Part shown: positions 1-11,842 of the stretch, piece after piece
Position numbering within the stretch: the first letter of the stretch is position 1
Layout of the letters: each line of letters opens with the position of its first letter
Assembly (NCBI GenBank): GCA_026770705.1
Contig: JANJGN010000013.1
Coordinates: 42,904,001-42,968,000 of the forward strand
Length of the DNA: 64,000 nt
Direction: 5' to 3'
Source of the DNA: Isurus oxyrinchus
Taxonomy: Eukaryota
Position numbers and translations under genes: made by a program
The notes under the pieces: model-generated
The model's input: only the letters and a program-made list of their open reading frames with translations
Databases searched by the model: none
What the model was told of the DNA's origin: nothing

Positions 1-228
1 AGGACAGCCCAAAAGCAGACACAAGAAAGGCTGTAAAGGAATTTTGTGGACAGTGCTATTTCTTTCTGCACTGTGCCCATTTTTTGTTAAACAGGAGCAA
101 GCCAGAGATAAAATTGACCCTGCTATGTTTGTCTACCTAACATAACACTGCACATTAACTCATTGCATGTGATGTTTCTGAAAAAGGGGGTTAGGTGCTA
201 GATAAATGCAAGTCTTTCTTCTTTGCGG

Positions 229-533
229 TGAAACATTAAACCAAGTCTCATCTATGCTCTTCGGTGAGCCTCAAAGATTCCATGGCACTACTTCAAAGAA
301 GAACAAAGGATTTATCCCCAGAGTACTGGTCAACATTTATCAATCATCTTCATAAAACAGATGATCTGGTCATTATCACATTGCTGTAAGTGGGAGCTTG
401 CTGCACACAATTGGCTGCTGCATTTCTTATATTACAATAGTGGCTACATTTCAAAAGTAATCCATTGGCTATATAGTACTTTGGGATGTCCTGTGGTTGT
501 GAAAAGAACTGTATAAATGGAACTCTTCTTTTC
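229..533 (+). mobile_element. Deu-domain SINE (SacSINE1/LF-SINE-like), 3' portion
   Basis: Motifs AAAGATTCCATGGCACTA, ATCTGGTCATTATCACATTGCTG, GGGAGCTTGCTG, TTGGCTGCTGCATTTC, TTTGGGATGTCCTG and a TATAAATG tail match the recalled DeuSINE consensus; related copies recur in the window. Confidence 0.75.
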
Positions 534-1413
534 ATCATATTTTTACATTAGATTTACATAAAATAGCTGCAAGAGGGCAGATTGACCCAATACAATAAAA
601 TCATTGAAATATTTGTGAACAGCTCAGATCTTTTATTTTGTTCTAGTGCAACCATAATTAATCCAAAAATAAAATTGCTTTCAAAGTTCAAAATAGTCAA
701 CTACTTTTAAAATATCTGAATGATAGCAGATCAACTCAAAAAGCTAAGGATCTGCAGAGGGAAAATGCTTCACCTATACCTTTATGTTAAGGGTGTTTAC
801 TGCATATGGGAGACTCTCCATAAAATGCTTGTGACAGATTGTGTACAGTTTTGCAATGGCTGTTTTTCCTGCCAGCTAAATTCCATTTTTATTATGCTTT
901 ATTCTTTGCTCTAACATCTGGATAACATTTGGAAATGTTTGTGATTTTCCACTGTAAAATATCTACTTCATTATTACTGTACAGCTATAGGGATGTAGGT
1001 CTGCTGTGCATAGTTTTAAACATAAAATAAATATAAGGCATTGGATAGCTATAACATGCTACAAGGTAGTAACTCATTGGGCTTCTGTTGGTGTCATTAG
1101 CAGCCAGATTTAAACTTAAGCAGACGTGAAGCACACTTTGCAATATTTTTATTCTTTACACTTAAATCAAAATACTCACATGATGAAGTTCAGAAGTAAT
1201 AAAAATGAACAATGAATGAATGGATGTACAGATTGCATGGAGAGATTAACCTGAAACCTGGCAACTATTATTTTTGTAGCACTCCTCACATATACATAGT
1301 TAGCTGGATGGTAAGGGAAATGGAAAGATCTTGTGAGTCCATCAGAATCATGGTCAAAGAGAAAGGTTTCCAGTAAATTTCTGAACAATGATGGTGATAT
1401 AACAAGATGTAGG

Positions 1414-1456
1414 GATGGGAGTGGGGTGGGTGGGGGGGGCGGGGTGGTGGGGTGGC
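1414..1456 (+). repeat. G-rich low-complexity tract (G-quadruplex-capable)
   Basis: More than four closely spaced G3+ runs. Confidence 0.7.
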
Positions 1457-1559
1457 AGAGAAGCAGGAGTGGGGAACAAGGAGTAATCCAACATTAAAGG
1501 TGAGGTAACAAAAAGTAACCTGGTATCAGAGGAGAGGGAGCACAGAACATGGAGGAACC

Positions 1560-2400
1560 TTGTCCTCTGTGATTTCAGCTTCTATCTCAACTCTTCTTGC
1601 TCCCTTGCCTCTGAGTTAACTGTCCTGTTTTCCTCACAAAGTCTCTCCCCCATATAAACTCTCCTACTTATATTCAAGACTGCCCTCTCGACATTGTCAT
1701 CTTATACTTCCTTGCTACTCACATCATAACCATCACAGATAAGCCAAACTCTGACCATTTCCTTATATCACTCTCTATACATATTCCCCTTCCCCCTCCT
1801 TACCTCATTTCTTACTGTTTCTGCCCCGGGAAAAAAAACTCTCTCTCAAATCCATTACCACTTCACGTTCAAATTCCCAACTATGTAGCCTTTAGCCTAC
1901 AATCCATCATGACATTTCTGCAGCTACTGATCTGCTAAACCACAGCTCCTTCATCATCTTTGTTGCCCTTATCCCCAGTAAAACCATTACGCTTTTTTAT
2001 CTTGTATTCCACTTGATATACCCCTCCATCTCCAATCCCATAAAGTCTAAGAGATAATTGGTTTAACCTGATCTGGCTGGATCGCATAAAGTTCTGTATT
2101 ACTACAACTGCCCACTATTCAAAGATCATCCAGGTAGATAAAGATAACACCCAGATTCTCTTCTCCACTACAAGCCATCTCTTTAAACCATCTTTATCCT
2201 CACCTCAACAGTAAATGCAAGAAGCTCATGACTTCTTTGTTACAAAGATCAAGACCATCTTCAGCTCTGAAGAAGAGTCATACAGACTCAAAACATTAAC
2301 TCTGTCTTTCTCTCCACAGATGCTGTCAGACCTGCTGAGCTTTCCAGCAGTTTTTGTTTTTGTTCAGACGACTATTCTGCTCCCCTCCTCTGTAAGCATC
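1560..2400 (+). mobile_element. Degenerate L2-clade LINE ORF2 fragment
   Basis: Pyrimidine-rich sequence with frameshifted translation fragments such as ILFSTTSHLFKP and DFFVTKIKTI, typical of the L2 endonuclease-RT linker. Confidence 0.55.
2263..2368 (+). mobile_element. Penelope-like terminal fragment with decayed hammerhead motif
   Basis: CTGAAGA-AGAGTC-ATACA-GACTC-AAAAC followed by the terminal sequence (GATGCTGTCAGACCTGCTGAG) also seen near 6170-6250. Confidence 0.8.
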
Positions 2401-3478
2401 TAGAGCACACGCCATACCTATGGAAAGCACTGAGCAACTAACTAAACTAGTAAGTTTTTTTTAGGCCATGGAGACAGTAAAGCAAATGGTTAAGGTCATG
2501 AATATGTATATCTTCGGCTGGCTGAAGAACAGGATAGTGGAGATAAAACTTTATTTCATATATAAATGAGTCAATTAAATTGGCCATTGGATGGAGACAG
2601 TTTATCAAGAAAATTGTGATTAGACATGGAGGGAAATGGAAAATAAACAATTGTACCATCAGGAAGGAAAACTTGTAAACATTGCAAGAGACAACTTGGC
2701 AAGGGCCAGAAGTAATGACTGTGCAAAGGGAGGAAAATGGGAGTCAACACTTTTTTCAACAACATTGTATTTAGCAGTTATAAACTTGGATTTACAGAAG
2801 TTGTGAACAGAAATAAAGTTGGCCTGGGCTGTTCCAGACTGATTAAGTTGTCACGTGTGATAGCCAAACTTTTTATGAGCAATGGCAGAATGACAGAATG
2901 GTGAGAATGATCCATGACATCAGTTACTTATCCAGCACAGTCAAAAGAGGCAAGAAAGTGAAAGCAGCAGTTGGATCAGGGAAGACTGAACTGCAGGGAC
3001 AAATTTTAACCTGACCCTTCCATTGAGAAACTAAGCAGGTCAGGTGCAACCCTGGTGTTACACCTCATCTGAATAGAGAGTGTTATTGGTTGGGCTGTAA
3101 AACCGGCATTACACCCCATCCTGTGGGTTTCCTGCTCAGTGAATTAAGTTATATTACCACTATACCATCAACCAAGAAGGAACTGCTGTAATTAAGTGGG
3201 ATTTTGTATAAGGTATTCTGCAAGAAGCATGAAGGTATACAGATGACAGACTGGAAAAGACCATCAAACTGATCATTCAGCAATGTTGCTCCATAGTAAT
3301 GCAAGTTTACCCAGAAGAATTAAGCAGGAAGGTGACAGATGCAACATAAGAGTTAGAATAAGACTGGAAGAAACTGAATTGCTGACATGTCAGATGGACA
3401 ACATGTTTGCAGCCACAACAAAAACAGAATTACCTGGAAAAACTCAGCAGGTCTGGCAGCATTGGCGGAGAAGAAAAG

Positions 3479-3517
3479 AGTTGACGGTTCGAGTCCTCAT
3501 GACCCTTCGACAGAACT
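3479..3517 (-). ncRNA. Minimal type I hammerhead-like motif (CUGUCGA core, GAAA box mutated)
   Basis: Reverse complement AGTT-CTGTCGA-AGGGTC-ATGAG-GACTC-GAAC-CGTC-AACT. Confidence 0.55.
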
Positions 3518-3903
3518 TGAGTTCGAGTCCAAGAAAGAGTTGAAATATAAGCTGGTTTAAGGTGTGTGGGGGGAGCAGAGAGAGAGAGAGAGAGAAGTGG
3601 AGGGGGGGTGTGGTTGTAGGGACAAACAAGCTGTGACAGAAGCAGATCATCAAAAGATGTCAACAACAATAGAACAAAAGAACACATAGGTGTTAAAGTT
3701 GGTGATATTATCTAAACGAATGTGCTAATTAAGAATGGATGGTAGGGCACTCAAGGTATAGCTCTAGTGGGGGTGGAGGGAGCATAAAAGATTTTAAAAT
3801 ATTTAAAAATAATGGAAATAGGTGGGAAAAGAAAAATCTATATAATTTATTGGAAAAAAAAGGAAGGGGAAAACAGAAAGGGGGTGGGGATGGAGGAGGG
3901 AGC

Positions 3904-4813
3904 TCAAGACCTAAAGTTGTTGAATTCAATATTCAGTCTGGAAGGCTGTAAAGTGCCTAGTCGGAACATGAGGTGTTGTTCCTCCAGTTTGCGTTGGGCT
4001 TCACTGGAACAATGCAACAAGCCAAGGACAGACATGTGGGCAAGAGAGCAGGGTGGAGTGTTAAAATGGCAAGCGACAGGGAGGTTTGGGTCATTCTTGC
4101 GGACAGACCGCAGGTGTTCTGCAAAGCGGTTGCCCAGTTTACGTTTGGTCTCTCCAATGTAGAGGAGACCACATTGGGAGCAACGAATGCAGTAGACTAA
4201 GTTGGGGGAAATGCAAGTGAAATGCTACTTCACTTGAAAGGAGTGTTTGGGCCCTTGGACGGTGAGGAGAGAGGAAGTGAAGGGGCAGGTGTTGCATCTT
4301 TTGCGTGGGCATGGGGTGGTGCCATAGGAGGGGGTTGAGGAGTAGGGGGTGATGGAGGAGTGGACCAGGGTGTCCCGGAGGGAGCGATCCCTACGGAATG
4401 CCGATAAGGGGGGTGAAGGGAAGATGTGTTTGGTGGTGGCATCTTGCTGGAGTTGGCGGAAATGGCGGAGGATGATCCTTTGAATGCGGAGGCTGGTGGG
4501 GTGATAAGTGAGGACAAGGGGGACCCTATCATGTTTCTGGAAGGGAGGAGAAGGCATGAGGGCGGATGCGTGGGAGATGGGCCGGACACGGTTGAGGGCC
4601 CTGTCAACGACCGTGGGTGGAAAACCTCGGTTAAGGAAGAAGGAGGACATGTCAGAGGAATTTTTTTTGAAGGTAGCATCATTGGAACAGATGCGACGGA
4701 GGCGAAGGAACTGAGAGAATGGGATGGAGTCCTTACAGGAAGCGGGGTGTGAGGAGCTGTAGTCGAGGTAGCTGTGGGAGTCGGTGGGTTTGTAATGGAT
4801 ATTGGTGGACAGT
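3904..4813 (-). pseudogene. Penelope-like RT C-terminus, Cys-rich linker and GIY-YIG endonuclease (one in-frame stop)
   Basis: Translates YKPTDSHSYL...PFSQFLRLRRICS...AFRRDRSLRDTLV...CPRKRCNTC...NLVYCIRCSQCGLLYIGETKR...RFAEH; stop at 4225-4227. Confidence 0.9.
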
Positions 4814-4825
4814 CACCAATTGGAA

Positions 4826-5689
4826 TTTTGCTTCCAATCTCCACCCCTCCATCATTTTCACATGGTCCATCTCTGACACTTCCCCTTCCTTCCTTGACCT
4901 CTCTGTCTCAATCTCTGGTGATAGACTGTCCACCAATATCCATTACAAACCCACCGACTCCCACAGCTACCTCGACTACAGCTCCTCACACCCCGCTTCC
5001 TGTAAGGACTCCATCCCATTCTCTCAGTTCCTTCGCCTCCGTCGCATCTGTTCCAATGATGCTACCTTCAAAAACAGTTCCTCTGACATGTCCTCCAATG
5101 ATGCTACCTTCAAAAACAGTTCCTCTGACTGTCCACCAAACTCCAGCATGATGCCACCACCAAACACATCTTCCCTTCACCCCCCCTATCGGCATTCTGT
5201 AGGGATCGCTCCCTCCGGGACACCCTGGTCCACTCCTCCATCACCCCCTACTCCTCAACCCCCTCCTATGGCACCACCCCATGCCCACGCAAAAGATGCA
5301 ACACCTGCCCCTTCACTTCCTCTCTCCTCACCGTCCAAGGACCCAAACATTCCTTTCAAGTGAAGCAGCATTTCACTTGCATTTCCCCCAACTTAGTCTA
5401 CTGCATTCGTTGCTCCCAATGTGGTCACCTCTACATTGGAGAGACCAAACGTAAACTGGGCAACCGCTTTGCAGAACACCTGCGGTCTGTCCGCAAGAAT
5501 GACCCAAACCTCCCTGTCGCTTGCCATTTTAACACTCCACCCTGCTCTCTTGCCCACATGTCTGTCCTTGGCTTGCTGCATTGTTCCAGTGAAGCCCAAC
5601 GCAAACTGGAGGAACAACACCTCATCTTCTGACTAGGCACCTTACAGCCTTCCGGACTGAATATTGAATTCAACAACTTTAGGTCATGA
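4826..5689 (+). pseudogene. Second copy of the Penelope-like RT/GIY-YIG region, internally rearranged
   Basis: FLDLSV...YKPTDSHSYL; a short tandem duplication and a ~190-bp deletion near 5130; NLVYCIRCSQCGHLYIGET; premature TGA at 5630. Confidence 0.88.
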
Positions 5690-5986
5690 GCTCCCTCCTC
5701 CATCCCCACCCCCTTTCTGTTTCCCCCTTCCTTTTTTTTCCAATAAATCATATAGATTTTTCTTTTCCCACCTATTTCCATTATTTTTAAATATTTTAAA
5801 ATCTTTTATGCTCTCCCCACCCCACTAGAGCTATACCTTGAGTGCCCTACCATCCATTCTTAATTAGCACATTCGTTTAGATATTATCACCAACTTTAAC
5901 ACCTATGTGTTCTTTTGTTCTATTGTTGTTGACATCTTTTGATGATCTGCTTCTATCACTGCTTGTTTGTCCATACAATCACACGC

Positions 5987-6014
5987 ACCCCCCACCCCCC
6001 CCACCTCCCCCCCC

Positions 6015-6072
<58 letters not shown>
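5987..6072 (+). repeat. Poly-C run followed by (CA)n microsatellite
   Basis: Directly visible. Confidence 0.95.
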
Positions 6073-6075
<3 letters not shown>

Positions 6076-6117
6076 TAAACCAGCTTATATTTCAACTCTT
6101 TCTTGGACTTGAACTCA

Positions 6118-6156
6118 AGTTCTGTCGAAAGGTCATGAGGACTCGAAACGTCAACT
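6118..6156 (+). ncRNA. Minimal type I hammerhead ribozyme-like motif (variant CUGUCGA core)
   Basis: AGTT-CTGTCGA-AAGGTC-ATGAG-GACTC-GAAA-CGTC-AACT: stem I AGTT/AACT, stem II, GAAA box, palindromic ACGT mini-stem III, GUC cleavage triplet. Confidence 0.65.
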
Positions 6157-7009
6157 CTTTTCTTCTCCGCCGATGCTGCCAGACCTGCTGAGTTATTCCA
6201 GGTAATTCTGTTTTTGTTTTGGATTTCCAGCATCCGCAGTTTTTTTGTTTTTATGTTTGCAGCCAGTAAGGGCTTACCTTTAGTACTGACCTCGTCAGTA
6301 GAAGAGCCGAGTCATAGTTGATGATCAACAGTAAAGCCATTAAGAATTGAGATTTCAGGAGGGCCAAAGTAGATTTGACTTAATCTAACAAAAAGTTGAG
6401 ATGTTGTCAAGAGCTGTCAACATTATGAGTGCCATAGAGGTTGGGCATTAGCTAGATGAGATTAGCTGCACTATGAAACTGTTTTGTCATAAATATCTCT
6501 TAATACCTAGAGCACACTGACAGAGTGTGAGGAGTAAAAGCAGAGAAAATGAATTGGATGAAGAGATAAGAAACAAAATTGATAAGATAAGAAAGAATTG
6601 TAACACTGAGGTGTGTCATTATGAGAAAGTGTGAGATGTGGGGCATGAAGAAGTGAAAAAGTTAAAAATAAAATGATCTACCAACCTCCTGTAATACTGA
6701 ACTGCCCTGTGAGACTTAGCAGTTTCAATGAGAGCTATGAAATGAATCTCACTGGTAGTCCTGCAGGAAACCAATCAGATGTGTGGGAAAGTCTGTCTTT
6801 GTTACTAGGGCAGGAAGAGATCCAAACATATGTTAATGGTCGAGAGAAGGGCTTCAAGTGAAGTCCAGAATGTTTGCTGTAGTAACTCATAATGAGATAC
6901 ATGCTGTAGAAGCTGACAGCTCAGAACACTGTTGGCAGTGTGAATGACAATAGGACTCACTGGGACTGACAATCCCTCACTTAAGTGAGTTGCAATTAAT
7001 GCCACCAGG

Positions 7010-7300
7010 AATAAAAGACTTGCATTTAACACAAGTTCAGGATGTTCGAAGGCACTTCACAACCAATGTACTTATGAAAACTGTTGTACTGTAGGAAGTG
7101 TAACAGCCAGGTCTCACAAGCAGCAATGTGGTAATGAGCACATAATCTATTTTTAATAATTTTGTTTGAGGAGAAAATGTTGCATAGTACCTTGAAATTT
7201 CTCATGTCTGGCTGAGAGGGCAGGAGGACATACCTTTGACAGTGCAGCTCTCCCTCAGTATTGCACTGGAATGTCAGTCTGGATGAAGGTGCTCAAGTCC
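7010..7300 (-). mobile_element. Deu-domain SINE, decayed
   Basis: Reverse-complement similarity to 229-533 (AAAGACTTGCATTT, CTCACAAGCAGCAATGTG) plus GTGCTCAAGTCCCTGGA, shared with the 57565-58015 copy. Confidence 0.65.
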
Positions 7301-7649
7301 CTGGAAAAAGCATTTTCCAGCTTTACCTATTTTCCAAATAAACTTCTCCAAGTCACAGGAAAACGCTCCCAAGAATCTTACACCTTCCAAATTGAACCAG
7401 CTAGTGATTTGGAGGAAGAGCCAGATTGTTCTCATCTGTTTTTACATATAACTCCTATTGATTGTCGGCTTCCAGGAAACCAGGGTTAAGGCACAAAAAC
7501 TAACTGAGCAATTTTAACCTCACCTACCCATTGGTAAATTGATGAATTTGGGCATAACTCTGGATTTTCATCCAGCTTGATTTTATACTCCATTGACTTT
7601 GGTTAGACAGTAATATTGGGTGGAATGTAAAACCAGCATTCCCTTTCAT

Positions 7650-8030
7650 TTTCTCTTGTCGTATCCCTCCATTACCTCATCTCGTCCTATCTCTATAACC
7701 TCCTTCTGTATTAAAAGACCTGCACTCCTCCAATTTGGAACTCTTACGCATCCCAGATTTTAATCTCTCCACCTTTGCCTGCCAAGCTTCAGCTTGGTTT
7801 AGACCCTAAGCTCTGGAATTCCCTCCTTAAACTTCTCTGACTTGCTTCCTCTTTGCCCTCCTTTAAGATACTGATTAAAAGATACCTCTGACCAAATTTT
7901 GGTCATCTGCCCTAATATTCCCTTATGTAGATCTATGTTAAATTTTGTTTCATAACCCATCCCCTGAAGAGGCTTGGGATGTTTTATTATGTTAAAGGTG
8001 CTATATATAATCAATTGTTGTTATTGTTGT
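7650..8030 (+). mobile_element. L2-clade LINE 3' end
   Basis: CTCTGGAATTCCCTCC (LWNSL), CCTTTAAGATACTG, and 3' tail GGTGCTATATATAAT followed by (TTG)n. Confidence 0.65.
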
Positions 8031-9631
8031 ATATGTCTCAATATCTAAGTAATGTGCCTTAATATCCTGGTTTGCTAATTCTTGATTTGAACTTTAGAAT
8101 TGTTTTAAGTTTCGTATTATTATTTATATGGAAGAATAGAGAAAGGTTTTCTATCCTTTTGGATATTTTATATATCTGACAATAATGGGCCAAGTGATAT
8201 GATTTAATAAAGAAAAAATTTCACCAAAAATTTGCATGCTCTAGAGAGATGACTGATACTCCGCTTTGCGGGAAGCAAGTCCCTTTATTAAAATTATAGC
8301 ATTGTTGGATTAATTGCATCCTGTGCTCACAGAAGAATATGTAATTATTTTAGGGGTTAATGCAATTTGTTGGCTACATTATATAACAGTAAAATGGATT
8401 TCTTCATAATTCAAAGAGTTAGGATTTATATGTCACTAATGCCTGACATTTGAACCTGCCTTAGTTATGAGTTTTGTCTGCTCGCAGCCAGGATACTTGG
8501 TAGAATGATTCATCCCTATGGTTTCTGCATACATGTGAGTTCAGCTTACCCATGCGTCTCTCCATTTCTGACATTTGTGCAGTGGTCCAAGCTTTGGAGC
8601 TCAATTGTTGCCCACCTTGTTTGAAGAAGCTGTGTGAGTTAAGAAGGAGCTTGATTTTAGCTCACTCAGATTTGAGTCACTTCATCAAAGTTAAAATTAA
8701 GCCCAAGCAATTGTGACATGTTGTGCATCGGAGGAGAAGAGACATTAGTAAAAATGAAGCAGATATCAAATTAAATTCAAATTCATACACATCGATCTTA
8801 ACTTGAACTGAAAGGGGGACAGTGGATGTGGAAAACCGTCCAGGCCTTGGTGGTATTAGGCCAAAGTGATTTGAACTCCTGGGCTGCATCTACATATCCC
8901 CCAGTCATTTCTGATGACAGGAGGCCAATGCTGAGGACTACAGATATGGTAAGTTGCAGAGTGTGAGTTTCAACAGGGCCTCATGCTCCAGGATGGATTC
9001 GGGGAATCCAGAGGAGCAGGGATCTAAACATCTGTTGCGACGGCCAGAGGGAGACCTCTGCTCCTCCAGATTCCACAAGGAAAATAAACAAAAGTTAAAA
9101 AAACATTCTTTCTTCTGCCCCAGCTCCACGTCATGTATACTGTTCATCAGGTGAGAAGCCCGCAATGCCTGTCATGTTCTAATTTAAATGGCATTTGACT
9201 TTCGATGATACTTTCAGGGGATGTTGTACATATTTGATGAAGGACCCCTTTGATTTCCAACAGGTGTCCCTGTCACCTGCTCAGAAAAGCAAATTAAAAT
9301 CGAAGACTGGGAAAGAGACAGGACCATTGGCAGATGAGTCCACCAGATGAGTTTAAGGGCAGAATTTTCCCAGAATTGCACTAAATGCGTAGTGGATGGG
9401 TAAAATGGAGTCCTACCCGCCGACAAAAATGGCGGTTTTTCACGACTTATCACCCCGAACCCGCCTCATTATTTATTCATTCACATGAAACACGCCATTT
9501 CCATGGTGAGCAGGCTTTCATTCACCCGCCCGCTATCACTGCAATGTTGCATCACGCCGGCCGCCATCTTTAAAAGGCAGCTGCCAGCAAAGCGCTCATC
9601 ACCACCAGCTCACTACCGCTGCCTGGGAGAC

Positions 9632-11289
9632 ATGACTAGCAAAGGAAAAAAGACTGCAGCCCCCCACTTCAATGACGGGTCCCTCGAGCGACTGCTGGAT
9701 GTAGTGGAGGCTGCTGGGATGCGCTTTACCCCTGCTCTGGCCACAGGATGGGCAGCAAAGTCACCAGCCTGGCTTGGGAGGGGGTGGCAGTGGTGGTCAA
9801 TGCAAATGTCCTGCAGAGGAGGACAGCCACCCAGTGCAGCAAAAGGATGAATGAGCTCTTTTGTTCCGCCAGGGTAAGTCACTCTTCTCATCATCCCCAA
9901 CTCACACAGTCACAAACCCATCACACATCCACAGGGCTCACACTCACTGCCCGTGAAAGGGACATCACCATTCACTCTTTCACATACACCATCAATGTCC
10001 TCATCCCATCCATGGGGCCACTCACCACCCACACAGGCCAGGCATATTTATCATCTGGCCCGGCAAGCATCCCAATACACTGTCCCCATCTCTATCCATG
10101 CTGAACAAACTGGCTCACAACAGGAGGGAAAGGTTGCAGACAGGTGTAGGGATTCAGGAGATCAAAGTCTGACAGAATTCGAAAATAGAGCCATCTAGCT
10201 GGTTGATGACCGGTCCTGTGTTGACGGTGAGGTCAGCGCTGCTCTACCAAGTGAGGAACCAGCAATGCAACATCCATCAGACAACCATGCCATGAGTGAT
10301 GTGTCCTGTTTCACAGGCCACTGCCATGCACTAATTATCTCCCCTTGCTTTCACAGGCACATCTGCCAAATAGCCGACAGAATCCATGGCCCAGGGCCTC
10401 CCATCAAGCCCCGAAGAAACCTCCGAAGAGGAACCTGAAGGCACCCTCCCTGAAGACCTGACACAGCGCTCACCCACATCCTCCAGCGCAGAGACACACA
10501 CCTTGGTGGGACCTAGCTTTAGAGTAGCCTCGGGATCACAATCTGGTGAGCACATCACACTTTCTGATCCACAGCAGGCAGAGGCAGAGACTTCCCAGGT
10601 CACCAGGACTCAGAGGACTGTTGGAAGCCAGAATGTTGCTGAGTCCAAGTCAGATGACAAGCCTCTGGACTCGGTCATGTCACAGTTGCTGGAGCTGCAA
10701 AGGCAAGCTCAGGAACAACAGGAAGGGATATCCGCTGCACTCCTCAGATTGCAAAGCACGATGGAGGACTCCGTCCATCTTCAGGCTGAGGTGATAGCGC
10801 TGGCATTGCAACGCACTGAGGTCAGCACTGGCAGGATGACAGCTGCTATGGAGACCTTGGTCCAGGACGTCACTCCTGCACTGCTGGTTGGCATCCAACA
10901 GTGTGTTCATGAGAGGGGTGCTGGGCAGCTTGATCTCACTCCAGCTACCCCATCTGCTCACAGAATCAGCCAGGGGCCCTTGGGCACCCATAGGGAGGAA
11001 GATCAGCAGGTGCACGTTCCAGACAATCCATCCGGGTGACCCTGGGAATGACTGGCCCATCTGACTCCCTGTGACCTCAGGAGCTGCAGCTTCACAGGCC
11101 CAGGAGGGTGCCACTGCCACACAGCAGGACCCCAAAAACAGGTCGGGGCCCACAAACTCTCGGCCCTCCAGAGGATGCCCACCAATGTCATCACAGACAG
11201 GACATCACAGTCAGCAGACTGCCTCCACCTCTGCTGAGGATATCTGGGGAGCACCAAGACATAGCAGCAGGGTCAGGAAAGTTAGGTAA
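9632..11289 (+). pseudogene. Harbinger Myb/SANT-like DNA-binding protein, three exons, disrupted
   Basis: MTSKGKKTAAPHFND..LERLLD..AWEGVAVVVNA..RRTATQCSKRMNEL; donor GTAAGT at 9874; acceptor TTTCACAG at 10356; acidic/coiled-coil last exon. Confidence 0.82.
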
Positions 11290-11842
11290 AGGTAGTTGCA
11301 CAGCCTGACCACGGGTGTTGATCACTTTTACATACTGTTCAATATTGTCAATAAACTCCTAAGAATGTTTCCCTGCCTATGGCTCCTTGTTCTGAAGAGC
11401 AGTGTTCCTGTCACTCAGATGTGAAACCTTTCTGCACAAGATAAAAGGCAGGTGTCTCAGTCCAGGGCCTCTTCCCTGGGCTCTGTGCAGCCTTCAGACC
11501 ACATTGATGGTCCCTGGAAACGTTACTGATGCCTGCACCTCGGCGATGCTGGCCATTGCTGCCAGAATGTAGTGGGCAGATGCCACAGAGTTCTCTCAAT
11601 CCCTCTGTGTGCTCTCAGCACCTTTAAGGTGGGGCTGGCCACCATCACACCAATGACCAGTGATGCTGTGCACCAGATCCTGAAGAGCTGAGGTGCTGAA
11701 GGCGAACACAGCATCAAATGTATCTAAAGTTTCATGGCTGAGTCTCTGAGATGGCCCTGATCACAGAGCGCAAGTAAGCTGCCCTCGACCAGACAGGAAT
11801 CAGACATTCTCAGAGATTATGTGAAGATCTATGGAGTGTCCT

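Larger units (their letters stand above)
3416..6252. mobile_element. Penelope-like retroelement, 5'-truncated fold-back insertion (minus arm 3416-4813, plus arm ~4826-6252)
   Basis: Arms are near-identical reverse complements; perfect 13-bp TSD ATGTTTGCAGCCA at 3403-3415 and 6253-6265; encodes RT C-terminus and GIY-YIG endonuclease. Confidence 0.93.

Noticed and set aside
3283-6191. Many overlapping antisense or alternate-frame ORFs
   Set aside because: Shadows of the strand-skewed Penelope sequence.
8488-8534. Possible micro-exon (CTCGCAG...GTGAGT)
   Set aside because: Peptide not recognisable; no supporting gene context.
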